DNA of 64,000 nucleotides. It comes from Octopus vulgaris (Eukaryota). Location of the stretch: contig OX597822.1 of NCBI GenBank assembly GCA_951406725.2, forward strand, positions 66,092,001-66,156,000, given 5' to 3'. Below are positions 1 through 13,965 of this stretch, piece by piece. Within the stretch, counting starts at the first letter, position 1. Every line of letters begins with the position of its first letter. Position numbers and translations under genes: made by a program. The notes under the pieces are model-generated. The model did not search any database. It was not told the DNA's origin and saw nothing but the letters and a program-made list of their open reading frames with translations.

Positions 1-61
<61 letters not shown>
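1..61. repeat. (AT)n microsatellite, representative of dozens of (TA)n, (CA)n, (GA)n, (ATGT)n and (GATA)n tracts across the window
   Basis: Pure dinucleotide run. Similar runs occur at e.g. 4019-4390, 15253-15346, 26200-26340, 35624-35700 and 60810-60945. Confidence 0.98.
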
Positions 62-64
<3 letters not shown>

Positions 65-398
65 CTCCCCTTACCGAAAGTCAAACAGTTATCTCCCTTG
101 CCCACAACAATAACAATAAAAACGGCAAACAATTACCTCCCCTTGTTTTTCTATTTGTGATGTCATTCACTCGTAAATATCATCACATACAACATGGACA
201 AAACTTTCTTCTTAAGAAAGTACTTATTCAAATAAATAAACCTTAATATCATGAATAACGAAAGCGAAACCGGTTGATCTATCAAAAATTATATTAAAAC
301 TATGTAAAGTGTGCGTATTTTCCTTTTTAATTTCTGATATATATTACAACACACCAAGTGGGGATAATCAAAATTCCTCCTTTTCTATTACTACTACT
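62..398 (+). mobile_element. (TA)n-flanked putative Penelope-like terminal-repeat fragment with a minimal hammerhead-like motif
   Basis: Non-repetitive block bounded by (TA)n on both sides; contains ATC-ATGAATA-ACGAAAGC-GAAAC-CG-GTT-GAT at 248-278. Confidence 0.4.
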
Positions 399-2307
399 AT
401 ATATATATATATAGCGTTCCTTTCTGTTATAGAGAGATGATGCATTCCATCCAGTTAGAGATGACTACAACTTGATATACACTACACAGAATTTAAAAGA
501 AGAGTAACTACTACTCGCTTGCACTAGCAATACAGAAATGTGGAAGATTTAGATTACATTCCATACCTCTCCAAGCCGTCTTTTGGACTCAGTTTATACC
601 GTTAGATCTATTTGAAAACCAAGACACTAGTCTATGAAAAAATTCAGTGTGTGCGCGCATATGTATTTGTATGTGTGTATGTATGTGTATGTGAGTCTGT
701 GTGTGTGAATATGCGTGATTGAATGTGTGTATGTATATGTTAATGTGTGTAAGCATGTAACATTGGAATAACATTTCACAGAGTACAGAAACATGTCTCG
801 TCAGATTTTGCAAGTTACGGAATGAAATGACACGGAGATAATTCGGATAAAAATACTGCTTCATTTTGATTACTTTTAATCTTTGGAGCACTTGTTTTAG
901 ATGGTAACTGACAGATAAAAACTATATTGTTAGATCATTTTATTTTGATAACAAAGTTGGGGTGCGACGCCTAGGTCACGTGACGTGTTACATGTCTTTG
1001 AGACTGGGAACGACGGAGGATGGGCGAAACATACCATCATTCGTTGCCCTTGTACTCAAAATTCGATATAGTCCAGTTATACAGAGTAATAGATGATGTC
1101 CCGAATATAACAGTTTCCTCTGACATATTCTCACGCAGTTACTGTTTGCAGAGTTTCACATATTTGGATATGGTGGATTCGAGTTTATTGCAGTAGATGC
1201 CCGTACAAATTGATGTGTACGTAGATAAGAACGACGTGATTGCGAAGTAAAGTCCTCAACCAAACAGAATGACTTTAAGGTCGTTTACATTATGTAGGTA
1301 TAACTTTTGCAGTATTATTAGTGATGCATGGAGTATTTCTTGTTAAAACAGTGATTTCTATGGTTGAATTATAATCTATCATGCATACATGTCACTTCTG
1401 AATTGCAATACAACTTTGCTTTATTAACTGAACGAGTTTGCGCTTTTACCAAGCTATATGTATAACAAAGCAATTAGGATATGTTTAATACATAGTACGA
1501 GTTACGTTCTGCATTTCAGTACGATAAACTCGCAAAACATGTCAGTTCAATTCTTATTCCATACTGCTGTAAAGTCCTCGAATTGTTTAGCGTTATAATG
1601 TTTCATCTTATCATGTTTAATTTTATATTGTTAATATTATAGTGAAATTTAAAAGGTGATGACGTGATTCCGTGTGCATCATTACATTTAAAGCATGTTA
1701 TACTGACATTCTAGTAATACGCTATCATTAATTCCAGTAATAGTTTTGAAAGAAAGATTGTTTCTGATATTGGCACAAAGCCAAATAACTCGGGTGGCAC
1801 TCAGTTGATGCCATCGACTCCAAACCTTGACTGGTATATCATATTATCGACCCCACACAATGAAACTCAAACTCGAGATAAAATTGCCTTTTGTATAGTA
1901 TTTTCTTATGAGAGAAATGGTTTGTTTCCTGTAGTTTCACTGACAACAAGAGTAATGAATTTGTCACAGTTAATATTAAACATCAAATGCAGCTTGATAT
2001 TGATGTAAGCAAAAGACGACAATTATTACAACGGAGTTTGAGCCAAAATATTCAAAATGTATTTTGTGAGAGAGACTCGTAATATAGCTGGAGAAGCGAC
2101 ACCAGCAGGAGCCCACAAAAATCGTGTCTTTTAAAACAGCAAATAAAAGGAAATCGTTGTATAAACTACTGAAGGGATAGTGGGTCTGAAAGATACATTG
2201 CAAATAACATTCACTCTATTGTTTTAGAGGTTATCAAGTGTAGTCGTATGCGTAGCTATATCATTTAATACCTGCCAGCAACACCGTAAAGCCAGCAATG
2301 AGTAAAT

Positions 2308-2592
2308 TATTGGGATATCCCATAAATTGAGGTTTTTTAAACACATTTATTTTTCAAAATTAAGATTTAAAAAAAAACTTCTTTTTCAATCTGTAATATA
2401 CTCTCCTTCACGTTCTACAAAGCTCTTCCAAGATTCGTTTGTCCGTAAGGGAAAATACTCCTCCAGTACTGTTCTGACCTCGTCTAAAGAATTCATATTT
2501 TTTCCGTCCAAATGATTTGAAGACGGCGCAATAAAGTGATAACCAGATGGGGCAATGTCCGGCGAATATGGTGGGTGGATATCGTTTTCCAT
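2308..2592 (-). mobile_element. Mariner transposon 3' fragment (transposase C-terminus plus TIR-like end)
   Basis: Translation HPPYSPDIAPSGYHF...W..FVEREGEYITD matches the mariner YSPDLAPSDYHLF motif and C-terminus; TATTGGGATATCCCATAA at 2308 resembles a TIR. Confidence 0.85.
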
Positions 2593-2671
2593 TCAGACTA
2601 CTTGCTTACTAGCCTATGTATGCATGTATCTCTGTCTGTATGTATGCATATGTGTATGTGCGTATGCATGT

Positions 2672-2840
2672 ATGTATACATTATTTACATTATTTACTTT
2701 TGACATTTGTCCTCATCTTGTTTGTTGTTAACACAGCGTTTCAGGCTGATATACCCTCCATCCTTCATCGGGTGTCTTGGGGAAAATTCGAACCTGGGTT
2801 CTGATTCCTAAAGTATTTTTTGATGTTATTATTATTTAGG
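2672..2840 (-). mobile_element. SINE family E, 3' part (hammerhead-bearing), headless copy
   Basis: Colinear similarity to 58355-58495; HHR-like motif at 2731-2775 on the minus strand. Confidence 0.75.
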
Positions 2841-4019
2841 CTTACCAAATTCTCAGTTTTCATGAGAATATGCTGCGCGGTAACTGTTACAGGAGCGACG
2901 GACTTAAGTCGAGTTGGATATGAACCTTGCAACCTAGCATCCACTACCTAGACTTGCATTCCTCCAATCTCCACTGCTCGTATGTTGACTACTAGAACTG
3001 TCTACCTTAAGACTATGCTGCCAGGATGTGACTTTCAGACTCCTACGGATACCCCCTGGTCAGTCAATGTTAGCATATAAACACGGCGTAGTAGTTGGGT
3101 GTAAGAAATATTACGTAGTCTCCATAGTCAACCTGTGCAACTATGCATTTCTATGCTTAAGCACTGCGTCCCCCACACTGAGACGTAGGCTCTCAACCTT
3201 GTCTGCTAAGTATTCACAGAACTTGAACAAGTATGATTAGATATTGATTAAAATAGTCGGTGGTTAGATATGCCGTACCACTGGAATAGACCTCCATACA
3301 CGTTATGGAAATTTTATTCACTAACTACATTTACCTTCTTAATGAGTGTAATATATTTGGAATTGGCTGCACACACCGAAAAAGTAGAACTACCCAAAAT
3401 TTCCGAACCGGATCTAACAGAAATCTGTAGTCTACACAAGCACATTGCTAACCTTACGATTAAAACGGGAATAATAATCGCGCTATTTTAATAGTTTACG
3501 TACACTCAGTATCATTGGCTATTCTCTTTACTCTGTTTTCCTTTATATACCTCTCGGTAAAAAATTCATGAGGTGTCGAACGAAAATGATTGTAAAGCGT
3601 CATCTCACGTGGGTGAACAGTTTCATCGATGCAGTTCTAGTATGATATATGTGTGTATATGTATGTATGCATATCTGTATGTATGTATATATGTGACAAT
3701 ATTCATGTGTGTCGAAGTCTTTCAATTAGATTAGGGTTTATAAAACAAACAACAGAGATGTGTTCATAAATAAATGAAGTTCCTGTTTTAATTTCGAGTG
3801 TATTCATAATTTAAAAATATTGAATTTCATATTTGATACAATGGAGCTATGGTTTCAAAATAATGAATATGGTATACTGCATATGCTGTGAATGTTCGTA
3901 ATTATTGGTCGTTTTTGCATACGTTCTCCATTTCAGGTCACAATATTTGTGTTTCATATCTTCATATGTATGTATATGTTTGCCATCACAAAAGAAAAAC
4001 ATCACAGACAAACATGTTG

Positions 4020-4053
<34 letters not shown>

Positions 4054-4217
4054 CATATGTGTGTGTGTATATATCTGTGTGTGTATATATTATACTCATA
4101 CATTTATATGCATGTATGTACATACGTGTATTTCATCACAAACGATGGAGACGATGCACACGAACACTTCAAATACAGGCATATGTATGTATACATGTAC
4201 ATATATGCAAATATATG

Positions 4218-4262
<45 letters not shown>

Positions 4263-4327
4263 ATCTATCTAATCTATCTGTCTTTCTATCTATCTATCTA
4301 TCTATTTATCTCTCTCTCTCTCTCTCT

Positions 4328-4385
<58 letters not shown>

Positions 4386-4757
4386 ACACTCATACATGTA
4401 TACATATACATATTTATTTATTACATGCATATTCAGAACTAAAAATACATACGCATGAATATATATGCTAACTTATACATGCAAACACACACACGTACAT
4501 ACATACACACTTTATTCTATTCCCTATATATGTCGGTCTTTACATTCGTTGTGTGTCTGTGTTTCCGTACATGACCATTTCTCTATAAAGGGCATATAAA
4601 ATGTATTTTTGAATTCGGTGAAAATATAAAAGGATCGATAAACAACATAAATATTTGCATATTCAAATAGTGAACGAATTTCGTGTTACAAGAACATTTA
4701 AACATTTTCATTGACACGAAATTGCCAAGTTAGAGACCATAAAACTGATTCGACAAT

Positions 4758-4824
<67 letters not shown>

Positions 4825-5972
4825 CTTCAGATGCACGTGTATGTTAGTATGAGTCCTGAAATACATGTCATGCATATAAATATATATATAGATATACACA
4901 CACATACATATATTGAATATTACTTTAAAGATGTGAGAGTGTTTATATATAGATAGATTGATATATATATAATTATATGAAGGAATATATGAATGCAGTA
5001 ATGATGTACATAAATACTTTGAGAATCTACCTTTGTTAAAACATACAATGAAATACACACGCTACATCTATCAACACGTGTATTTAAAAGTTGAAATAGT
5101 TTATAAAATGAAGCAATGATACAGATGTGCAGCGAGATTTTATTTAATTTTAGAATCATTCCCGAACGCTCGCCATGGCCCCACCGCTTGTACAGGAGTA
5201 ATCACTCGCAAAATACATTCATATATTTATCTTTCATACACGCATATTTCGTATTTAAAACGTTGTCCGTATGAGCGTACAAAGGTATAACACCGCACAT
5301 TACATATATGCTTTTCTGCCTTTGTTGTGTATACGTGCAACGCACCACACACTCACACACGCACACACACACACATGCACGCACACATAGGCACAAGCGT
5401 ATACACATACATGCATACATACATACACACAAACACTGATAAACACACACACGGATACAAACATACAAATGCATGCACATGAAAATATATCGCATCTGTC
5501 TCTCTCTCTCTCTCCCGCCTTCTCTCTCTTTCTCTCGCCTTCTATCTCGCTTACTTTTTCTTTTTCTCGTTTTCTGTCTCCCTCGCCCTTTCTCTCATTA
5601 TACACATACACACACATACACGCACACATACAAACTCATGTACGTGTAAACGATATAATATATGCATGCATTTCCCTTTTTCTTCATAAACATATACACA
5701 CGTGAATATAAGTATGCATGCACACATACACATACACATACGCACATACCCATACACGCATTCACATTCATATATATATATATATATGTATTTCTGTTAG
5801 TCTGTGCGTCTAGGTGCGTGGGTGTGTATTTACGTATACATATGTACAATGGTATAATAATCCCATATATGTGAGTATGTGCATATATGTCTGTCTGTGT
5901 TGAGTGTGATTTAACTACACTTTCCATAGTTTCTGCTGATATGCATATAGGTTAAAATCTGAAGAAAGACAC

Positions 5973-6098
<126 letters not shown>

Positions 6099-6597
6099 TT
6101 GTATTGCTATCAATAACAAACACATTTTCGCATTTATTTTTTTGTCTTAAGATATATTCATAGATAAACGATAAAAAGATATATCTGATAATTTCCCTAG
6201 GTATTTCATTTTGCTTTAACAACAAAACCACATGAATTATATACGCACGCAAAAGCATGCATATTCACACAGAAGCATCTCTGCCCTTCCAGCCATATAT
6301 ACGCACCCACGGACGCGCAGATGCTCACACATACGCACACACACGCACAGACATATAGGCACAAAAATGCACACAAAGAACCTGCCACATCTATATTTTC
6401 AGCAAAATATTTGAAAGTTTGTATACGTAAATCTGAAAATCTTTCACGCACATTTCGTTTCAGGCTTCCTATATAAGTATTTATGTATGTATGTATGTAT
6501 GTATGTATGTATGTATGTATGTATGTATGTATGTATGTATGTATGTATTTATATTTACACGCATAACCCGCACTTGACCGTCTCCTTATCAGGCTCC

Positions 6598-7022
6598 GCC
6601 GAGCTGGCAGAAGCGTTAGCACACCTGGCGAAATGCTTAGTGGTATTTCGTCTGTCTTTACTTTCTGAGTTCAAATTCCGCCGAGGTCGAATTAGCCCTT
6701 CATCATTTCGGAGTCGATTAAATAAATACCAGTTACGCACTGGGGTCGATGTAGCGACTTAATCCCTTTGTCTGTCCTTGTTTGTCCTCTGTATGTTTAG
6801 CCCCTTGTGGGTGATAAAGAAATAAGAAACGTTAGCACGCCGGGCGAAATTCTAAGCGGTATTTCGTCCGTCTTTACGTTCTGAGTTCAAATTCCGCGAG
6901 GTCGACTTTGCCTACATCCTTTCGATGTCGATAAATTATGTACCAGTTGCGTATTGGGGTCGATGTAATCGACTGGTCCCCCTTACCCAAAATTTCGGGC
7001 CTTGTACCTAGTGTAGAAAAGA
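6598..7022 (+). mobile_element. SINE family B head-to-tail dimer with 10-bp target-site duplication
   Basis: B-box-like GAGTTCAAATTCC and core GCCTTTCATCCTTTCGGGGTCGATAAATTAAGTACCAG (consensus) occur twice; ATCAGGCTCC flanks both ends (6588-6597, 7023-7032). Confidence 0.9.
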
Positions 7023-7089
7023 ATCAGGCTCCAGCAGTTCTAATTCTAATTCCCTAGATATTTGCATTGTGATCAAATACTTCTCTCTT

Positions 7090-7900
7090 ACCGCTTCTGC
7101 CCACAAGAATATCACAGACTCTTACCTCAACTGATTCTCCTAGCACCTTAAGCACACCAACCTATCCATTCATTACACAGTTTCTTCGTCCTCCTCGACT
7201 TTTCTCTGATGATCATGACTCCTGGTTTGTGACTTCAACCAACGGGGTAACTTCGAACCTGTACCCAAACCGCACTTGCCCGTGCCCCGTCTGTTGATCG
7301 TGCATCCGCCCCCTATCCTCAGAACCATCCTCCTACTCGGTTCCCTTTATCCTACTACCCCTCCATTTTACGCATTTTTCATCAACCCTTATCCCATGCA
7401 CCATCTCATCTCACATATTTTTCAATCCATTTCTCTCCCCATTCAAATACGCCTACAACCTAAGTGACCAAGTGGCCCTTTGCTTTCCCCGCCACGTCTA
7501 ACACACACCATGTCTCATTCCCTTAATCGCGCCCATGCTTCCGCAAATGTTCCTTCATTTCCAACACCACCATCCACATGGGTACTCTCACATCACCAAC
7601 TCATTTATTTGAAACTTTATTAATTTGATTTATGGCATTCATTGTTCTCTTAGCTACTCTTCATACATCGGACAAATCGGCCGACTATGGCTAAACGTTT
7701 CTGCCGAAGAATTTAAGGACATCGCACTCGGCAATGAGCCCTTGTTTCGCACCATTCCCACTCGAGTGTCATTTCCTGCAACATTTATCTATCTTCCTGT
7801 GTTCGTACTACACTTGTCCAATGGCCGCCCGTATACCCGCTTCGTTCTGGAGCAAGAAAGTGTTCCTCAAGATCAAATTTCCCTACGCCTCTTCATTTAA
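7090..7900 (+). mobile_element. Decayed Penelope-like retroelement: RT C-terminus, linker and GIY-YIG endonuclease
   Basis: Broken translations resembling SIPYSQFLRLRRLCSDD (near 7160-7220), a CRKC knuckle (about 7537-7550) and NLIYGIHCSLSYSSYIGQIGRL (GIY-YIG, 7622-7687). Confidence 0.75.
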
Positions 7901-8292
7901 ACCATTCTTCCACAGCTAATTACACACACCCACACCTCTTACCTTTTCCCTCAACTTCTACCATCCACACACTAACTTCTATCCCTACGCTACGCTGCAC
8001 CGTTCAGTTTGTTACCTAACTATATACAGCATTTACGTTCAAACATCACATATATGCACCCATACACACACACACATTCCCTTTTTCTTACACATACACA
8101 GGTAGACACACGAATCCGCAAATACACACCTCCTTTGTACATCACACACATACTAGCGCCCATAATTGTACCCCACAGTTTCAAAGATTTTCGTTATCTT
8201 TGTTCCAACTAATATCTATATTCAGTATGACAATAACCTCGTAGCAGACACTCATACGTCAGATAGCCTCACAGGCAGCCAGGAATACACAG

Positions 8293-8325
<33 letters not shown>

Positions 8326-8390
8326 GACACACACACGCACATACACACACACATACACATACACACACATATATATGTATGTAGATAGAC

Positions 8391-8433
<43 letters not shown>

Positions 8434-8434
<1 letters not shown>

Positions 8435-8638
8435 TCTTTTACTTTTATTCTTTTACTTGTCTCACTCATCTGACTGCAGCCATGCTGGAGCTCCGCCTTT
8501 AGTCGAACAAATCGACTTATTATTTGTATTTATATCGGTCATTTTTGCTGAACTGCTAAGTTACGGGGATGTAAACAGATCAGCATCGGTTGCCAAGTGA
8601 TGGTGGGGAGGACAAACTCAGATACACACACACACACG

Positions 8639-8676
<38 letters not shown>

Positions 8677-8826
8677 GGCTTCTTTCAGTTTCCGTCTACC
8701 AAATCCACTCACAAGGCTTTGGTCGGCCCGTGGCTATAGTAGAAGACACTTGCCCAGGGTGTCACGCAACGAGTCTGAACCCGGAACCATTTGGTTGGTA
8801 AGCAAGCTACTTACCACACAGTCACT
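8434..8826 (-). mobile_element. tRNA-derived SINE family A, near full length
   Basis: Reverse complement of the A-box/B-box head, CCTTGGGCAAGT (CORE-like), internal (TA)/(TG) tract and GTAAAAGA tail repeats, shared with more than 12 copies. Confidence 0.9.
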
Positions 8827-8834
8827 ACTGATAC

Positions 8835-8865
<31 letters not shown>

Positions 8866-10524
8866 CAGCAAGTGAAAGACAGAAGAAGGAATATAAGAGA
8901 ATTTATAATTAATCATGACAATTGTTTTGACAAATCTAGCATCGATTCCTCTTGGGCGGGACACTCAACGACTGGTTCAGGAGCTTCCGGTAGTGCAGAT
9001 GTATCTCGCCGGCTGATAAATAAATACAAATCGTTTTAAACGACTATTCCTCAATGTAACTTTTCTTTTTGTAGAGAGACAAGTAGCCAGACGGTGGAAA
9101 TATCTTCATTTGTGTAGAAGATCAAAAAATAAAATCACAGATGGCAAAAAGCAAAACAAACAGACAATCCAGCGAGAAAGGCATTAAAAATAACCATTAA
9201 CAGATATGGATGTATAAATGCACAACGAAAACAGTGTGAAAAATGAAATACATTAAAAATAGAAGAACAATATAAAGGATTATATAGGAATATAGAATGG
9301 CAAAACGGATACCGAGATCAGGATATTCAATTAATATGCGGCACAGGAACTGAAAATGCTTAAACATGTGATGATCTATGCGGAATGTGTGTAAAGATAA
9401 CAGGTGTGAGGTGAAAAGATGAAGTGCATATATAAAAGAAATAATTGTTGGTCTGCTGATGAATGTTTAATTATCTTCCAGTAATTTAGCAGTTACTTTT
9501 TAATGTGTTGCATTTATTGAATAGTTCTGTGAGGTTATTGCTAGCTTTATGAAAAGTGCATATTTTACACGTTTGTATATGATTTCAATTTGGAAAATGA
9601 ATTCCTTTCGATATCTAATATATTTGACATAACTGTATAGAGTTTATATATTTCGTTTTAATCTACATTTGAAGAAATTGTTGAGAAATAACATTCATAA
9701 GATTTGTCTTCCGCCATGTTACCAGAAGTTTCTGTGTTGTGTAAGTAACATCTTCACGAATATATTAACGCTTCATTTGCTTAAGGAACCATAAATTTTG
9801 TTACTGAATGTACCTTAAGCCAAAGTCAATTTATATTCTGCTTGTGTTACGAGTTTTATGAAGTTGCTTTAGGAATGTTTTAGTAATATTAAATATAACG
9901 CTTAAAGGGGAAATGTTGCGAATTTTATTGATTGAGTGATACTTCTGCTCAAAATTAAGTGAAAGATATTTAGGTATACATTATCTTAACATTTTCAATG
10001 TCGTTTGATATATTTGCTTCGTCGATTGAAACCAAAAACAATGAGGTTTTGTAATGTCCTTTACTAATATTATTTATAAAATATTTCGATTAAATGGGAA
10101 AATAATCTCAACAGAATTCATTTGAGTCTCAAGGTTGCTATAACTTTCATGATCATCTGCAATAAGCTATTGATTGTCTTAAAGCAGGCAAAAATGCGAG
10201 CATACGCACACGTAAGGTTTGGGGCACTCATGGTCACAAAGCGAGTTCCTTATCTACTTGGTGTTTATAAGAATGAGGAGGTTGAACGTAGACTTGAGTC
10301 AAAATTTTATAACTGAATATTAATCATAAGGAAATGAGTACCGGAATAACATATGGAAAGCGCTCGTGCAAAAACACATAAGTATGCACATATTTACAAA
10401 TACTCACACGATATTTAAAAAATTAATTTTTAATTCTTGCATATGGCTACACAAATACGTAAATATCCATATATGTATATGTCTTGTATGTGTGCTTGTG
10501 AATATCTATCTATCTATCTATCTA

Positions 10525-10613
<89 letters not shown>

Positions 10614-11327
10614 GTATCTATCTTATCTATCTATCTACGCACGCCCGTGTTTTGTATATTTTTCCCATTGTCCTGTAATGAAGCAATCGACGGCCATCAA
10701 TTCGTGACTCTTCCAGTATCCCAACACTACCGTTTTCTGTGTGTGTTGCGTTGTGTTGTGTTGTATTGTGTGTGTGGATGTATATGAATACCATAATATA
10801 TGTAAGTTTCTATGTAAGCTTATTTCAATACTTTTTTTTTTTTCAGTTTCTTCCATTTTTCCTTCTCGTTTTAACTTCTCTCCTTTTTGCTTACACAAAA
10901 TCAGTTCATATTTTCTGTCTTATATCATTTATTTCCCTTTCGATTATAGCATTTTTAATGATTCAGTTTGAATGAGTATAAGAAGCAGGTACGTATATAA
11001 TAATCTAAAATATAGTAAAAAATATTACAAGTATTCCTAATTAAAATTTTCCTTGCAGTAAAACATTTTCCACAACATTTTCAATGTATATTTTTATCAA
11101 AAAGAAAATAGCGTTTTCTCTCTATATATCATGTATTTCTATTTAAACAGTAAACATTTAAAGACACGTAACTTCTGCAACACAGCACAACATTTTTCCG
11201 TAGATTTCACAATAAAACATTCTAAGAATCAGAGAATTATATCTGTGTAATATACAATGGGTAATAAAACTACAAATTAATCTTAGCGAGCGTATACTAC
11301 TTATCTCCCGACATTTGCAAGTATATG

Positions 11328-11395
<68 letters not shown>

Positions 11396-11551
11396 GTATA
11401 TATATGTACATATATATATATATTTGTGTGTGTGTGTGTGTGTGTGTGTGTAAGTGATGAATGTAGACTATAAGTAGATGCATATGCTTATAAACATAGT
11501 CAAATATATGTGTATGTATGTGTTTGTGCTTGAGTGTATGCATATATATAT

Positions 11552-11606
<55 letters not shown>

Positions 11607-12015
11607 GCATCCACATATATTTCGTAATTAGTTTTAGTTCTTCATGCAGATATTTATCTAAGAATTAATTCGGTTTATTTTCGTTGAGTCAGAGTGGAGA
11701 TGGTTTATCAATAAAATACCAGTCTAATTCCAATAAAATTGCTTTGCTCTTTATTATGTGTTAAAACGAAATAATTTTTTCTTTCCATTAAACTTAACAT
11801 TAATGTGTACAACTCTCTTATCACAGGCATCCAAACATTATAATCCAGTACAGCTTTCTCCTCCTCCACGTTATCCTTCTCCTTCCCACCCTGATCTTCA
11901 TCCTTCCTCTCCCCCTCTTCCTTTCCCTTTTCTCATCATCAATATCATTCTAAGTACGATCACTGTCCAACTAGCCATCATTGCATTCATCTTTTTTGCA
12001 TTATCATATACATAC

Positions 12016-12182
12016 AGTGGCTGTGTGGTAAGTAGCTTGCTTACGAACCACATGGTTCCAGGTTCAGTCCCACTGCGTGGCACCTTCGACAAGTGTCTTC
12101 TACTATAGCCTCTGGCTGACCAAAGCATTATAGGTGGATTTGGTAGACGGAAAATGAAAGAAGCCCGTCGTATGTATGTATG

Positions 12183-12245
<63 letters not shown>

Positions 12246-12490
12246 ATATATATGTATGTATGCATGTGTGTATGTGTATATGTTAGTGTGCCTGTGTTTG
12301 TCCCCCCAACATCACTTGACAACCGATGCTGGTGTATTTACGTCCCCGTAACTTAGTGGTTCGGGAAAAGAGATGGATAGAATAATTACTAGGCTTACAA
12401 AGAATAAGTCCTGGCGGCGATTTGCTCGATCGACTAAAGGCGGTGCTCCATCATGGCTAAAGTCAAATGACTGAAACGAGTAAAAGCGTA
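12016..12490 (+). mobile_element. SINE family A
   Basis: AGTGGCTGTGTGGTAAG A box, GGTTCAGTCCC B box, internal (TA)n and the family tail. Confidence 0.9.
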
Positions 12491-12769
12491 ATAATAGTAT
12501 ACAATTTATTCGTATCATAACCATCAGGAAAATGAAGATGTACAAATGTGATGATAGTAATGAGGATGATTCTGGTCATGATCATGGTGATCATCATGAT
12601 ACCGATGATGATGATGACGACGACGACAAAGACGATGATGATGGTCTATCTCTTCTTCGAACTCATTATCATCATCATGCTCATTATCTTTATAACATTC
12701 ATCGTCTCCATCATCACCTTAATCGTGTATACGTAATTAATTCTTGCCTTGTTCCTTATTGTCCCTCCA

Positions 12770-13270
12770 TAGTAGCATTTCGCCAACCATTACGCTAAGA
12801 ATACAAAATCTGCCGAGATCGGCTTTGATTCTCATCCTTTTTGAATCTATGAAATAAATGCCAATGGAGCACTGGAGGTCGATGTAATAGACTAGCCTGC
12901 TCCTCACAAATTTCAGGTTTCGCGCTCGTAGTAGAAAGTATTATTATGGTAACAGAGCAGCACAAGTTTTCCTGCTCATTTCCCCATGAGTCCTAACTGT
13001 ACGGTGGTCGACTTTACGTTTTATTCCTTCGAGCTCGATAAAATACACACCATCCAGGTACAGGGATCGATGTAATTGGCTGTCATTTCCTATAAATTTG
13101 CCAGCCTTTTGCCAAAATTGGAAACAAAAGGCATGTGGCAGAAGCATTATCATATTGGTCACATGGCATAACGGCATTTCCGGTTGTTTACGCTCTGATG
13201 TTACATGCCACCGATGATCACTTCGGCTTTAATCTTTTCGGAATTGATAAAATAATTACCATTTTAATAC
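12770..13270. mobile_element. Cluster of old, degenerate SINE B copies (+, -, +)
   Basis: Remnants of the core (e.g. CTCATCCTTTT...GGTCGATGTAAT) and tail (AAATTTCAGG...GTAGAAAGTATTATT) in alternating orientation. Confidence 0.6.
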
Positions 13271-13749
13271 GCGGCCGTTTGTAAAAATTTGAAAGTGTTA
13301 TTGTTGCTGAAAGTATTATTATTATTGGTCCTGATGACAGATGTGCTATGGACAAGGCTAAAACGACAGCAGGCGGATTCATAACATTCGCATTTAAGTT
13401 CTATTTTGTAAGGAAATTTAAGGAGATAGTACAGTGCTCTCGTCCAATTTTTTTGTGTTCGTTCATGAATGCTGGCATGAAGATTTTCTGTTACATTATC
13501 CTATCACCACTTTTACGTATAATGCACGAATCTTTATCGCATGCAATTTTTGTTATTCTTTCGTAATACTCTTCACCGATTTTGTAAAGACGTGAAAATC
13601 AGAAATAGTTTTTTCCCCTCCACCTCGTCATCATCTTCCTTATTATCGTTATTTTAAAACGTTGCATTTTGTAACCTTATATATCAAACATATTTGTGGT
13701 TCTTTGTTCTGCCAAACGAAGCCTTTGAGTACATTCAGGAAATTATTAT

Positions 13750-13965
13750 AATGATCTCAAATTTTGGTGCAAAGCCAGCATTTCTAGAGGAATAATAAGG
13801 CGATTACATTGAAGAAAATGTTCAACTTATACTTATTTCATCGACCCCGAGAAGATGAAAGACATAGTAGACCCCGCCGGCATTTGAACCTAGAAAGTAA
13901 AGAATGATGAAATACCGGTAAGTATTTTACCCGAGCGTTGTAACGTTTCTGTCAGCTCATCGCTT
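13750..13965 (-). mobile_element. SINE family B monomer, diverged
   Basis: ATCGACCCCGA...GATGAAA...CCCGCCGGCATTTGAACC matches the reverse complement of the family B core and head. Confidence 0.75.

Noticed and set aside
3847-4471. Long ORFs rich in YI, CV, HT or LSIY here and throughout the ORF track
   Set aside because: They are translations of (TA)n, (TG)n and (ATCT)n microsatellites, which lack stop codons.
7206-7212. Isolated CTGATGA heptamers (also 9456, 15403 and 33714)
   Set aside because: No stem II-GAAA-stem III context; 7206 is coding sequence (SDD) and 15403 lies inside a MITE.
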